The position numbers and the translations under genes were made by a program. Below the pieces are notes generated by a model. The model saw only the letters and a list, made by a program, of their open reading frames with translations. It searched no databases and was not told the DNA's origin. A DNA stretch of 64,000 nucleotides, from NCBI GenBank assembly GCA_937625935.1, contig OW569391.1, forward strand, positions 186,001-250,000. Reading direction: 5' to 3'. The first letter of the stretch is position 1. The number at the start of each line of letters is the position of its first letter. The stretch comes from Tetramitus jugosus. Its lineage: Eukaryota; Protista; Heterolobosea. Positions 47,113 to 57,503 of the stretch are shown in pieces.

Positions 47113-47479
47113 GGTGGTGTTTGAATGAGATCGTTTGTTTGGAAGGGTACTTTGTGGAATCTCGTGTTGAATTTGAGAACCGACGGAGAGGGATTTTTTG
47201 TCAAATTGCAATCTTTTCTCTGGTTCAGATGATACCAGTTTGAGAATGGGACACAAAAAGGAAAGTTTATCAATTTTACGTAGATCACGTGGAATTGTCT
47301 GGATATGTGTGAAAACAAACCCAAAAAAAGAAGCTTCGTGCGGGTGTCGTGAGAATTTCACAAGCAAGATATTGCTGTTCATATCGTGATAGATTATGGA
47401 CAGGTAGTAAGGCAATGCAAATAAGAATGGTAAGGACTCCAAGCAACAGATATTAAAGTACACGCAAACCCGATTCTGG

Positions 47480-48300
47480 TGTTCCATTGCATATTCTGTC
47501 AGAGGAATCTCCACATCAACATACAAAGAACGGAGTTATTCAGAGATACAGTTGGTTTCGGAAGCAGAGTTTACGAGGAGACATACACCCGACGAGAGAT
47601 GAACGAGTTTACATTCCACGGCATCACTTGAGGCAACCATTTAATTGTGACAAACTCATCAACTACCAAGACTCGTCGGGGGTATGTCGAGGAAAAGTCT
47701 CCAGAGGTTGGACCTTGAAGCGTTGCGAGCAAGGTTGAATCTCTATTGCAGAGAAAAGTATGTCTCAACTCCATTGAAGTGGATTTTCCCTGGTGCAACA
47801 ATCAGCGATAGTCTTCAAGATATCTTCCTTAAACTCCCTCAACTCCAGAATGATTATGTCATATTGAAGAAAGATCCCAAGATGTTTCTCTCCCCAATTG
47901 TGGAGCATCCTAAGCGGGTAGAACCGCATTACGATACCACACTGATTAGCAGCACCATAGCTGAAGAGAGACAGAGTATTACTTGGTGTTGCGAGGGAAC
48001 AGAGTTGATTGATGCGAGATGGACTACAACCCAAAATGATAGGACTGAAGTCATGGTTGTAATTCAACAAAAGTACATGAGTAAAGAGCAGATATGATAT
48101 TAACCCCCAAGTGTGCGGAGAGAGTCATGGAAGAAGCGGGCCACACTTCAAATCCTATCTGATCATTCCTGTGTTGATTACCAATAGCCGAGTTTCAAAG
48201 AAACATCCAGAGAACACACCATTTGTTCTTGTGTCAACTATGACTTGATGTTCATCGAGGTAAATTTGGGCCGCAACAAAGCCAAGTCATGATTTTCTGG
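47480..48300 (+). pseudogene. Decayed Crinkler-like REase-domain gene fragment
   Basis: Broken frames with RVYIP, LQRLDLEALRARLN and IDARW...VMVVIQQKY (D...QxK pattern); boundaries approximate. Confidence 0.45.
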
Positions 48301-48385
48301 CAACTATCCATATGGAGAAATGGGATGTTGTAACACATAATTATTTTTAATTGGGGGACTTACGTATTGTTAATCTTCCCAGAAT

Positions 48386-49765
48386 TCACTTTGAGCTTGT
48401 GGTTGATTTTCGTGTTGATGACCTGCCTGATGTAGCCTTATTCTTATTGGTGCTGGGAGTTTCAGCTTGTTGTTGTTGATCGATTGTTGTGTTACCAACA
48501 TTGGCCAAATCTAAATCTGCCTCACTCACCTCTGTCATACCCTTGACATCATCTGTAAACTTTCTCAGTGTACTTGCTACGGTTCCCACCTTTTCTATCA
48601 CAGCTTCCTTGTTCATCTTTATTGGCTCTGCATACGCTTGCTTTCGTCTCAGTAGCGCATCACGGTCAATCTCTCGACCCATCCCTTCGTTGTAGCCTAC
48701 AATGAATTGATTCATCACATTTCTAACAAGCATCAGTCGACTCTGAATCAAATTAGACACGAATTCGTTGCCACTCGACGATTCTTTAAACGTTTGAACA
48801 ATGGTGCGATTCAATGACTTTTTTCTCTTCTTCTTCACTGTTTGTGTCGTGGTGACCACACCTGATGCATCACTCGTTTCTTCTTCTTCTTCCAGCTCTT
48901 GACGCCTCAATCGATCATTTTCCATCCATTCTCGATGCGCCTCGACTCCACGCAACAGAATCGGTGGTGGACCACGTCCCAACTGATACCTGATATCTTC
49001 AAACGTCAATCGAATCGAGTCCCTCAGTAATCCCAAATGCTGTTCAAGCGACAATTTTCTCAATGGTGTAGGCGGAGTATATCCAGGCGGATAAGGCATT
49101 GTAATCGAATATTCATAATAAATGTCCTTTGCTCTCCACTTGACTTCATAAATCAAGTGTTGTTTCCATGCCAAAACAAACTTCCAAAACGTATCAAAAT
49201 CTTGTCTCTTGGGAGGTGGAACATTGAGCATGGCATGCACATCAATCATGTCTTGTTCTGCTTGTGCAATCATGTCTTGTACCATGGCATTAAACTGTGC
49301 TTCTTCTTCTTGTTTTTGTTGTGCTTCTTGAGCGAGTTTGGCCTCCAGTTGAATGTACTCTTGTTCAATCTGTTGCATCTCACGTAATTTTTCTGCTTCT
49401 GCTTTGGCTTCTTCTTTTAGAGCTTGTTGTTGTAGCTGTAGCTGTAGCTGTAGCTGTCGTTTACTAAGAACTTGTTTTTTTGTTTTATGGTCATTGTTGT
49501 TGTGATGCTGATGAGTGGATTTTTTCTTCTTGCTTGTTGTTGTTGTTGTCGTCTTGTCCAAGTGAAGAGATTTCATTGTTGAAAAGTGAATGCATTTTGT
49601 GGTTGTAGTTGTTGATTGGGAGAGATGATCCTGTTGAAGGAGGTGCAAGTTGTTGAATGTGGTGGTGGTGGTGGTGCGGTGATGGAGATATCTGCAAGAG
49701 GATGGAGGAGAGAACTGTAGGAGACGATGAGTCGTATTCAAAAGGGATGTTTGGGTTCTGATCAT
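48386..49765 (-). CDS. Probable mitochondrial protein, EMB2735-like
   Basis: Transit-peptide-like N-terminus; PYPP..LRKLS..LRDSIRL and SRLMLVRNVMNQFIVGYNEG resemble plant EMB2735 blocks as recalled. Confidence 0.6.
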   Translation of the reverse strand: MIRTQTSLLNTTHRLLQFSPPSSCRYLHHRTTTTTTFNNLHLLQQDHLSQSTTTTTKCIHFSTMKSLHLDKTTTTTTSKKKKSTHQHHNNNDHKTKKQVLSKRQLQLQLQLQQQALKEEAKAEAEKLREMQQIEQEYIQLEAKLAQEAQQKQEEEAQFNAMVQDMIAQAEQDMIDVHAMLNVPPPKRQDFDTFWKFVLAWKQHLIYEVKWRAKDIYYEYSITMPYPPGYTPPTPLRKLSLEQHLGLLRDSIRLTFEDIRYQLGRGPPPILLRGVEAHREWMENDRLRRQELEEEEETSDASGVVTTTQTVKKKRKKSLNRTIVQTFKESSSGNEFVSNLIQSRLMLVRNVMNQFIVGYNEGMGREIDRDALLRRKQAYAEPIKMNKEAVIEKVGTVASTLRKFTDDVKGMTEVSEADLDLANVGNTTIDQQQQAETPSTNKNKATSGRSSTRKSTTSSK

Positions 49766-49818
49766 TGATTTTTGGTGGTTTTGGTGTTCTTGCAGCTTGG
49801 GAAAAAAAGAGATCAAAA

Positions 49819-49889
49819 TGCATTGACCGGGAATCGAACCCGGGTCCTCAGCTTGGAAGGCTGAGATGCTGCCTCTACACCATCAATGC
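49819..49889 (-). tRNA. tRNA-Gly (TCC)
   Basis: GCATTGA/TCAATGC acceptor stem, TCAGC-CTTCCAA-GCTGA anticodon arm, GGTTCGATTCC B box, followed by TTTT. Confidence 0.96.
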
Positions 49890-49941
49890 TCACATATCAC
49901 CTACCTGTGTTCAATTTTCTCCCGCGTTGTGCCCGCTGTAA

Positions 49942-50278
49942 GTTAAGGTGGTCACGAGACCGTTGAGAAGAACCAGTCGGGAGTTCCTGATGGGAATGAT
50001 GGGTGTTGAGACAGAGGCCGTCAGCGACATCGCGCAAGGTCTGATAGCAAATGGAGTAAAGACAGCAACAGCAGATAAGAAAGCTAACTTACGTGAATAG
50101 TGTGAAACGGAGATGTCTCACGACTCTCCTCCACCTATTCACAACAACGAAAGAGAAACAAGCGTCATTGGGGAATCAAAATGGTGACCAAGGACCACCG
50201 CTCTGCGAGCGATGGTTAATGAATATAACAAGACAATAAAGTGAGCAACCGATATTGTTGTATTAAAAAAAAAAAAAA
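49942..50278 (+). mobile_element. 5'-truncated non-LTR retroelement copy upstream of tRNA-Gly
   Basis: 13-bp TSD GTGCCCGCTGTAA (49929-49941 and 50279-50291), A14 tail (50265-50278), AATAAA (50235-50240), and a startless 52-codon frame ending at TAG 50100. Confidence 0.85.
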
Positions 50279-50507
50279 GTGCCCGCTGTAAATTGAGCGA
50301 AAAGTTAGCAAGCAGAGTTTTTGATGTTCGATTCCAATGTTTGAACAAGAAATGAGCTCTCTGGATGAGAGAATTGAAATCAAATCGTTTCCACTCCCAA
50401 GATAGATACTCCAAATGATTGTTCTTGAGTCCAGTAAGGTTTAAAAGACAGAAGAGCCACAACATTATCTAAAACATCTACAAACAAACAAGATAATTTA
50501 TTAAAGA

Positions 50508-52051
50508 ATGGAAAACGTTCTAACTTCCCACATGTGCTCTGGCACATTCTTTCAGAACATGGGCTACGCTGCTGGCAAGGACGGTGCACCAGTCACCGGA
50601 GTTCACCTCTTTCTTCTTGCTGTGTTCATCATCAACATTTTTATGCTTCTTGGTGTGAGTGTTGCATCTCTGTGCTTTGTCCCACCTGCAAGATATGGTA
50701 GAGAAACAAAGTTTTCCAAATTGCTCACTCTTGGATCTCTATGCTGGGTTTCTTAAGCTCCAGAGCAGTAAAAAGGACAAGCAGGATGACCTAGAATTTG
50801 ACAAGACAAAGAGATCAGTATCGGGTGCTGTGATGACACTGTTCACCATTGTGCTACTCTCTGGTGCTCTGTTGGTATTGGTGAAGGAAAGATACAGGTT
50901 TGTTCCATATACTATCACAGAGTCTCAAGAGCTGAGTTCCGTGCTCACAACAAAGAGTCAGTATTTCAAAATGGCCACTGTGTTTAAGGTTGATGTTCCA
51001 AGCCAAAGCACCTGTACGATCTTTGCTCAGAAAGCAAAAATGAGCGTGAGTGGTAATGATGTGACCCAAGTTGGAAATGTGAACTACAAGTCGGAGACAT
51101 CAGATCGCTACGCCTCGAGGCACTAATTGCTATGTTTATCAGGAATGGAAACTGAATGCAAAATCTAGTGGGTATCAATCACCAGTTAATGTATCTGTGC
51201 ACATTGGGGATTCATTGCGCTATTCTTCTGCTTCCTTTGCTTTTGTGAGTTTGCCTTGGGACAGTACAGGATCTAACTATTGGGCAAAGGAAGGTACTCT
51301 TGAAGCTCAAGCACCAACAGAGATGGTTGACTACCTGAAGAAATTGGGAGGATTCTGTGCTCAAGTTCAAAGCGGTGCATCTTCTGTCTCACTCACAGTC
51401 GAACCAAAGTCATTCCAGTATCCAGCGGGACACCAATCCTATCGTTCTTCAGGAAATCCAATCTTCTCCAACATCGTTCATTTCCCTCAGCAAGTACAAA
51501 GATGGAGCTCAGGGAAAAGTCAATCAACGTACGATGTGACATTGGACTTTACACCTCGCAGAGCATTTTATGCTGAGGGTCAATCCAGTTTCAACACCTG
51601 GTTGATCGCTGGCTTGACGATTGTTGTTGTATTGTTGGTCGGTACATGGATCAAGAACGTAGTGATGGTCATTGTATCCTTGTGCCAAAAATCACTTCTG
51701 GCTCGCTTGCTTTCTCTACTCGGCCTGTTTCTCATTTCATGTGGTGCCTATGGAGTAATGATTGGGTTGATTATCCGTGAGATGTTATTCCCAGATGCAA
51801 CCATATCCACCCTCAGTCTATCAAGCGTAATCTACACCAGTCTGCTATTGCTTTCGGCATTCATTCATGTGGTTATCTATCATTCAAAGTACAAGGCTAA
51901 TACTACTTCTACAGACGAACTAGTCTCGGCCTTCCCACCAGTGCAAGTGTATCCAATGGACTTCCAATCTGGACCAGAACAGCAGATCTCATACCCAGAC
52001 ACAAGCAATGTTCCATTGTATCCCCAAGCACCCAATCCAAGTACTCCATAA
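50508..52051 (+). pseudogene. Multi-pass membrane protein gene with two frameshifts (about 50730 and 51085-51120)
   Basis: Three overlapping frames read as one protein (TM, LDLY..KRSVSGAVMTL, ectodomain, 3 TM, Pro-rich tail); I found no introns that restore the frame. Confidence 0.6.
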
Positions 52052-52189
52052 AGCATAATTCAGTTCACCTTATGGAAAAGTAGAATGTTTCAAACTTCTT
52101 CAGACCAGCAACTCCAATTGATATCAGGTCGATCATGTTCAAATCCAGCACCTGCGACGGAAACTTCATGTTTTCTGTGATTTGATGAT

Positions 52190-52490
52190 AACTCATCATA
52201 TCAAGTGAGCAAATCCGTCACCTGTGATATTTTGGCAAGAACGCATCTCGAGTGTATGCATCCTATCCTAGTCAAACGACCCAATTCCTGTATCTGTGAT
52301 TTTACCACAAAGGAGCATATCAAGTGTGTGAATATCAGTCAGACAAGAGAGAGCTTTGCCTGTAATGGTAGTACAACAAGTTATGTCAAGTGTGAATCCC
52401 AGTCGTCTGTGATATCTCTGCAACCAGTCATAATAAGTGTGAATCCCAGTCAAGTGAGCGAATGCTTTGTCTGATTTGATAACAGCAAGT
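52190..52490 (-). pseudogene. Decayed leucine-rich-repeat gene fragment
   Basis: Units DKAFAHLTGIHTL, GIHTLDITCCTTITGKAL, DIHTLDMLLCGKITD and MHTLEMRSCQNITGDGFAHL, broken by stops and indels. Confidence 0.7.
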
Positions 52491-52751
52491 CTTATTGAGT
52501 GTAGGCCTTGTTGAACATGAACAAATCAATTACAAAAGCCTACATTACTGAGGGTTCTCGAGTAGTCTCCTATCTCAATACTAACTCAGCCAGATTGTGC
52601 TTAACTTCTCTATTCGAAATGGGAAGAGGTGGTTCCACAATTGTATGAACGTAGACATTGATCATGAAGTTTCACTCCATTTGGGCCCGTTTGGATTCCG
52701 CAGCCTGTTGTGTTTAACATGCACAGTTATTACAACTCCGTACTTGATGAT

Positions 52752-54434
52752 TTATCTATTTCGGGTTACCATGAGATTGACTCTTCTGAAGAGCATGTAG
52801 CACCTTCGCGCAATGTGCTTACCGACTGAGAGTGAAAACGACAATGAGTATGGCAACAGTCGAACACCACAGTCCACACCAAATATGAACAACGACGATT
52901 TTAGATAATATTCCAGCCATTCAGCCAACCAAGGTTTCACTAATCGATGAAAAAGGTTTCTCTGATCGGTGTTCTCGTCATTCTTCCCCAAAATAGCACT
53001 GACCCAGACGAAGAAACATGCAAACATGGCCAACTCTTGGACTTTCACCAAAGGACGAACGATCAAGCCTGCTTCTGGTAGTTTTTTTGAGATGTACTTT
53101 TCAATCAAGTATCCAGGACCGTAAGTTGTTGCAATGTAGATAAGATTAACCATTTGGGTCTTAATAATGACTCGTAACAAGTTTTTCTGCAAATTTTCAT
53201 GCATCTCTTGCAATGTGTGAGTAAATAGATAGGGTACAACGTAGACGGTAGCAAATCCCGTCATGATTGAACCGAATGCACTTGCATTCCCAATTAACTT
53301 CAATCGTTCATATGCGGGCATCTCAGTGAAAAGTCTCCAATCAAACGCTGGTTTTTTGATCCGTAGTTCTTTCAACAAGATTGTATCTCTCGACAATAAA
53401 ATACCAGAGTACAACAAAGAATCCCGAGTGCACAACAACATAGGTGGTGTTATCCTTGTTTTCCATATAGACTGTTGAATGGGGGGATACCGAAGATTGA
53501 ACCTATCACCGTAATGGGTCGACTCAATCACTGACAGGGACTGTGACAGAACAGAAGAACTTCTCTTTTCTTTCAAAATCACTCTTGACTTGCATCTCAT
53601 GTTGGTAACCATAGTTCCACACAGTTTCTGATCAAACATAAATTTGCTCGTTCTATGAATGTCGTTCAACACAAAATCTCTTTGATGTTTCGCCTCTGGT
53701 AACAATTCTACGAAATCAAACGACATGACATCAACCGCGATTACTGGTTCATCACCATTCACTGTAGCATATCCTTCAATTTGAATAAACTTAGGCAAGA
53801 CAAGATTGTTCCTGTTCGATTCACTTGGTCCAACAACAGCATTTAAAAAATACAAGATCGCAGTTTCTTTGTTCACGTACAATTCCTTGGTTTCTGATAT
53901 CATACGATAACTGTCAACTAATTTCCTCAATGATGGCTCAGTGAACAAAAGTTTCAAAGATAATTCTTCGTCAGCATCTCCTGTGAGAGAAGCTGGAATC
54001 ACAACACTCGAATCGTCTCTCCATTGCAACTGATTTCCTCCTCCTCCACCGTTGGACATCCATACTCTCCACTTGACAAAAAAGCGATTTCCGTCATACT
54101 TTTTCAAACCTTGTTGTTTACAATTGTCCAAACAGAATCGACCACTAAACAAACTCCACAAACAGAGTGCCCTTTTCAAGTCCATGATAAATTCACGATC
54201 ACACTGCTTGTCAGTCGTCATTGACAACACCATATTGAAACTACACTTTCCCTGAGACATATCCAACAAGTAACAGTTGGGCACATGTTCTCTCATGAGT
54301 AATCGATGAAGAAATGCAACATTTTCAACAGCTGAATGCCATGAGGAATGAACAAGTCCAAAGTGAAGGATCACATCACTGGGAGAAGCTGCAAAGGAAA
54401 AAAATTGATGGAGCAAGTCCTGTTGATGCAGCAT
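52752..54434 (-). CDS. Hypothetical protein with an F-box-like N-terminus and about 4 C-terminal hydrophobic helices
   Basis: 560-aa ORF; DLLHQFFSF...LVHSSW resembles an F-box. Confidence 0.7.
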   Translation of the reverse strand: MLHQQDLLHQFFSFAASPSDVILHFGLVHSSWHSAVENVAFLHRLLMREHVPNCYLLDMSQGKCSFNMVLSMTTDKQCDREFIMDLKRALCLWSLFSGRFCLDNCKQQGLKKYDGNRFFVKWRVWMSNGGGGGNQLQWRDDSSVVIPASLTGDADEELSLKLLFTEPSLRKLVDSYRMISETKELYVNKETAILYFLNAVVGPSESNRNNLVLPKFIQIEGYATVNGDEPVIAVDVMSFDFVELLPEAKHQRDFVLNDIHRTSKFMFDQKLCGTMVTNMRCKSRVILKEKRSSSVLSQSLSVIESTHYGDRFNLRYPPIQQSIWKTRITPPMLLCTRDSLLYSGILLSRDTILLKELRIKKPAFDWRLFTEMPAYERLKLIGNASAFGSIMTGFATVYVVPYLFTHTLQEMHENLQKNLLRVIIKTQMVNLIYIATTYGPGYLIEKYISKKLPEAGLIVRPLVKVQELAMFACFFVWVSAILGKNDENTDQRNLFHRLVKPWLAEWLEYYLKSSLFIFGVDCGVRLLPYSLSFSLSVGKHIARRCYMLFRRVNLMVTRNR

Positions 54435-54960
54435 GATCTCGTTTCTGTGATCTTTTTTTGTGTGAATTTGCCAACCATGCTTTATTGCTGAAAATCATGA
54501 TGCCACGAAGAAGGTGGGTGGATCGATGAACTCGGGTGTTCTTGCTTTCCATTCCCACTTTCTAAACTTTTGATTGGCTTTGCACATTCTCCCTGTGCAA
54601 AAATTCAGTAGTATGTTTCAGTGCTGCCCATACTCTGTCATTGCGAGATCTTCCCAACCACAATGCCTCTACTGCGCTGTTACATAGTCGGTCCGATAGG
54701 TATCAAGGTTCCAACAGTGCTCTGTTTATCAACAACCTCTTGACTTTACAGTTATTGCTTAACAGCTTCGCTTTTCTTTCCACTTCAAACACTTTAGCTC
54801 GAGGATTGCTCTGTTACGAGCATCCTCATCAATGGTGTTGGTTGGCTCTTGGGTGACCGTAGTTGGAGTGGCGGAATGGGACTCCGGTCTGATCGACTCC
54901 CAATCATCGGTCGTAGACGGAGTCCGAATTCGGTTCAATTGATTTTTTGGGAGCTCGACA

Positions 54961-55661
54961 TTTTTTTTTTTACTTTTTTTTTTCCATACAACCATGTGTG
55001 CTTGCGCAGCAAGCACACGATTGCTCATTTATTGACTTGTTTTGTGAGTGACGACCCGTAGGGCGTCATTCACTCTTCTTCTCTTGTTGTCCCCGACGGT
55101 GCACCTACAGGTTGGAAGAATCACTCTGGTGAGTGTTTTGGTTGATGTTGCACTCCTTTGTTCTTCTGCCTCCATTAGATCAGGAGCAGTACTTTGTGCA
55201 ACTTCTGGTTTGTTGCTCTCTTGACCCTTTGTCTTTGTCAATTCCTTGGTGAGTTCTGTGACCTTGAGTTTGTGTTGCGAAAATAGGAAAACCTCAATGA
55301 TCACAAAACATCCAAACAAAATGATCCGACAACTTTTTTCATTGACGTACCATCATAATCCCCCTTGGAACATTCACCTGCGCCACAACTCGCAATCAAC
55401 AAACCACCTCCCAAGAACTGTCGCATCTCACACAGAGTTAGATTAACAGTTCCTCGCGGACCCTGTACTCCCTGTATCCCCTGAATTCCTTGTGGACCCT
55501 GGCATCCCTTGGATAAGATCTTATTGTTGCTGCAACACTCCAACTTGGGATCGAAACATTTGTCCTTACAGCATTCTAGACCTACTGAACAGTCTAGCTT
55601 GAGACCACAGTTCTGACCAGAGATGGAGGTAACGATCAATGTGATTCCGTTTTTTTCTGCG
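54961..55661 (-). mobile_element. About 700-bp non-autonomous retroposed element upstream of tRNA-Asp
   Basis: 16-bp TSD TTTTGGGA(G/A)CTCGACA (54945-54960 and 55662-55677, 1 mismatch); A10-GT-A11 tail on the minus strand (54961-54983); 3' motif shared with the element at 49942-50278. Confidence 0.85.
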
Positions 55662-55707
55662 TTTTGGGAACTCGACATTGAAAGGATGGAAATTGTAATA
55701 CTATCAA

Positions 55708-55775
55708 TCGGGCAGATAGGGGTAGCATTCCAGACTGTCACTCTGGCGACCCGGGTTCGATTCCCGGTGCTCGAA
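55708..55775 (+). tRNA. tRNA-Asp (GTC)-like gene with a shortened D-arm; probable pseudogene
   Basis: TCGGGCA/TGCTCGA acceptor stem, CCAGA-CTGTCAC-TCTGG anticodon arm, perfect T-arm and T-run terminator; only 68 nt, with the 5' strand of the D-stem missing. Confidence 0.8.
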
Positions 55776-57503
55776 ACTTTTTTATTTTCTTTCTTCCGGT
55801 TTGTTTGTTTGAGCTTCTATATCTGCCATTGAGGTTTGTGAGCCGGCTGAGGCATACCGATATTTCTCTCGGTAATATGCGCCGAATCATAGAACCTTCT
55901 CCTACCTTTAAATTGTTTCACCTTTTTCCCCACAGAGTTGGACAGTTCAGATCATATGCAGAGTAAAGAGTGTGAGAGGGAGATATCATTCTTTCTCGTT
56001 TCAGGATAGTGAATAGTATACCACTCATGCCACCTTTCGTTTTTACAGCACCACCATCCACACTATCAACCACAACAATTCCAACACCATCAACTCAATC
56101 CATTGTTACTGTTAAAACTGCAAGAGATTTCAATTGATTTTGATCCTATACTGGAGTTAAGACGTTAGAGTGAAACATGATTTCTTTGTTTTGAATCAGG
56201 GTATTGGGGCATTATTTAATCATTTTTAACATGATTTCCCACTAAATGTATTTTTTGACTCAGTGTCTTAGTACTTGATTTTCAGAAATTTTGATTGACT
56301 TGATTTAGTGTTTTTCTGGATAGAATCGACAGTTTTTATCAAATAATCATTGTAAAATCATATATTTTATCTATTATCGAGACTTTTCGTGACATTGATA
56401 CTTCAAATGATGTTCTGATGTTCTACGCTACTCACATCAAGCCATGTCCTGTTTCATGTCCTGTTATTTGTAACAGTGCGAATCCTGCAAGTGCAATTTT
56501 GATTACCAATTCTTCCCCTCTATCTTATGATTCGATAGAAGATTTGTCCTGGTTTTTTTGATCATATCTCAATGTAATCACTGTGAATGTCCGGAAACAA
56601 AAATCAAGTGTGTCGAGTGTATTGTTCCTCTGTCACTCCTTCACAAATATCGTGGTTTGCTCCGGATGACCAGTGAGATTTTTCAGTGGAATGTCGGAGG
56701 GTACTCGACGTTGCATCGATTGAAACAATTGATACAATTCTTCCTCCTGACTGTCGAGTATTGGGGGACTTAACCAGCCATGAGGATCGACGTCAAGTGA
56801 GGCGCAGACTCACCCACTCAATCAACATACTGTTGGGGTGTCGTGTTGGTGCAGCAGACAGCAAAATTATTTGCATGTCTCGAAGTAAGACATACAACAA
56901 CTTTGAATTCATTCGACAACATATTAATCAAATCCTTTCTTTTATTTAATAAATCATGTTGTGGTTCAACGTCAACTTTCACCCTCTACGACCATTCGCG
57001 ATCCGCTTTCTTTGTTGACAAATTGATGACACTCACTGTTGTTGGTTGGTGTAATTGTTGTGTTTTCTCAAATACTCATATCGGAATCATAGAGAATGGC
57101 AAACAATGGTCGATGCAACTTTGGTGATGTCGGTGGTAGTGAAAGAATAGCCACCAAGTAGTGACAAAGAGTCATTAAAAGTTTGATGCTCAAAATGATG
57201 TTGTTGCGATCTTGTTTGTAGTTACAATTGTTGCTGTGCTTGTGATTGCTCATCATGCTTTGATGAAGAATCAACAGAAAGCATCATTGCTATTGTTCGA
57301 GTTGATTTTTTATCTCCTGTTTAAATTGGTGTTTGAATTTGGTGGTTTTGTTCTCTCGGATTTGATTTCAGATTTCAGTTGGAAACTTTTTTGTCATCCT
57401 GATGCTCGACAAGAAACTATTCAAAAGGGCAATCGGAGATTCGAAGTTATCAACAGGGGAAAAATCAAAAAACAATTCATCATCAACATTGTGTGGTGAG
57501 TAA

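Noticed and set aside
54759-55028. ORF 54759-55028 with KKKSKKK read as a real gene
   Set aside because: The Lys run is the translated poly(A) tail, and the frame crosses the insertion junction.
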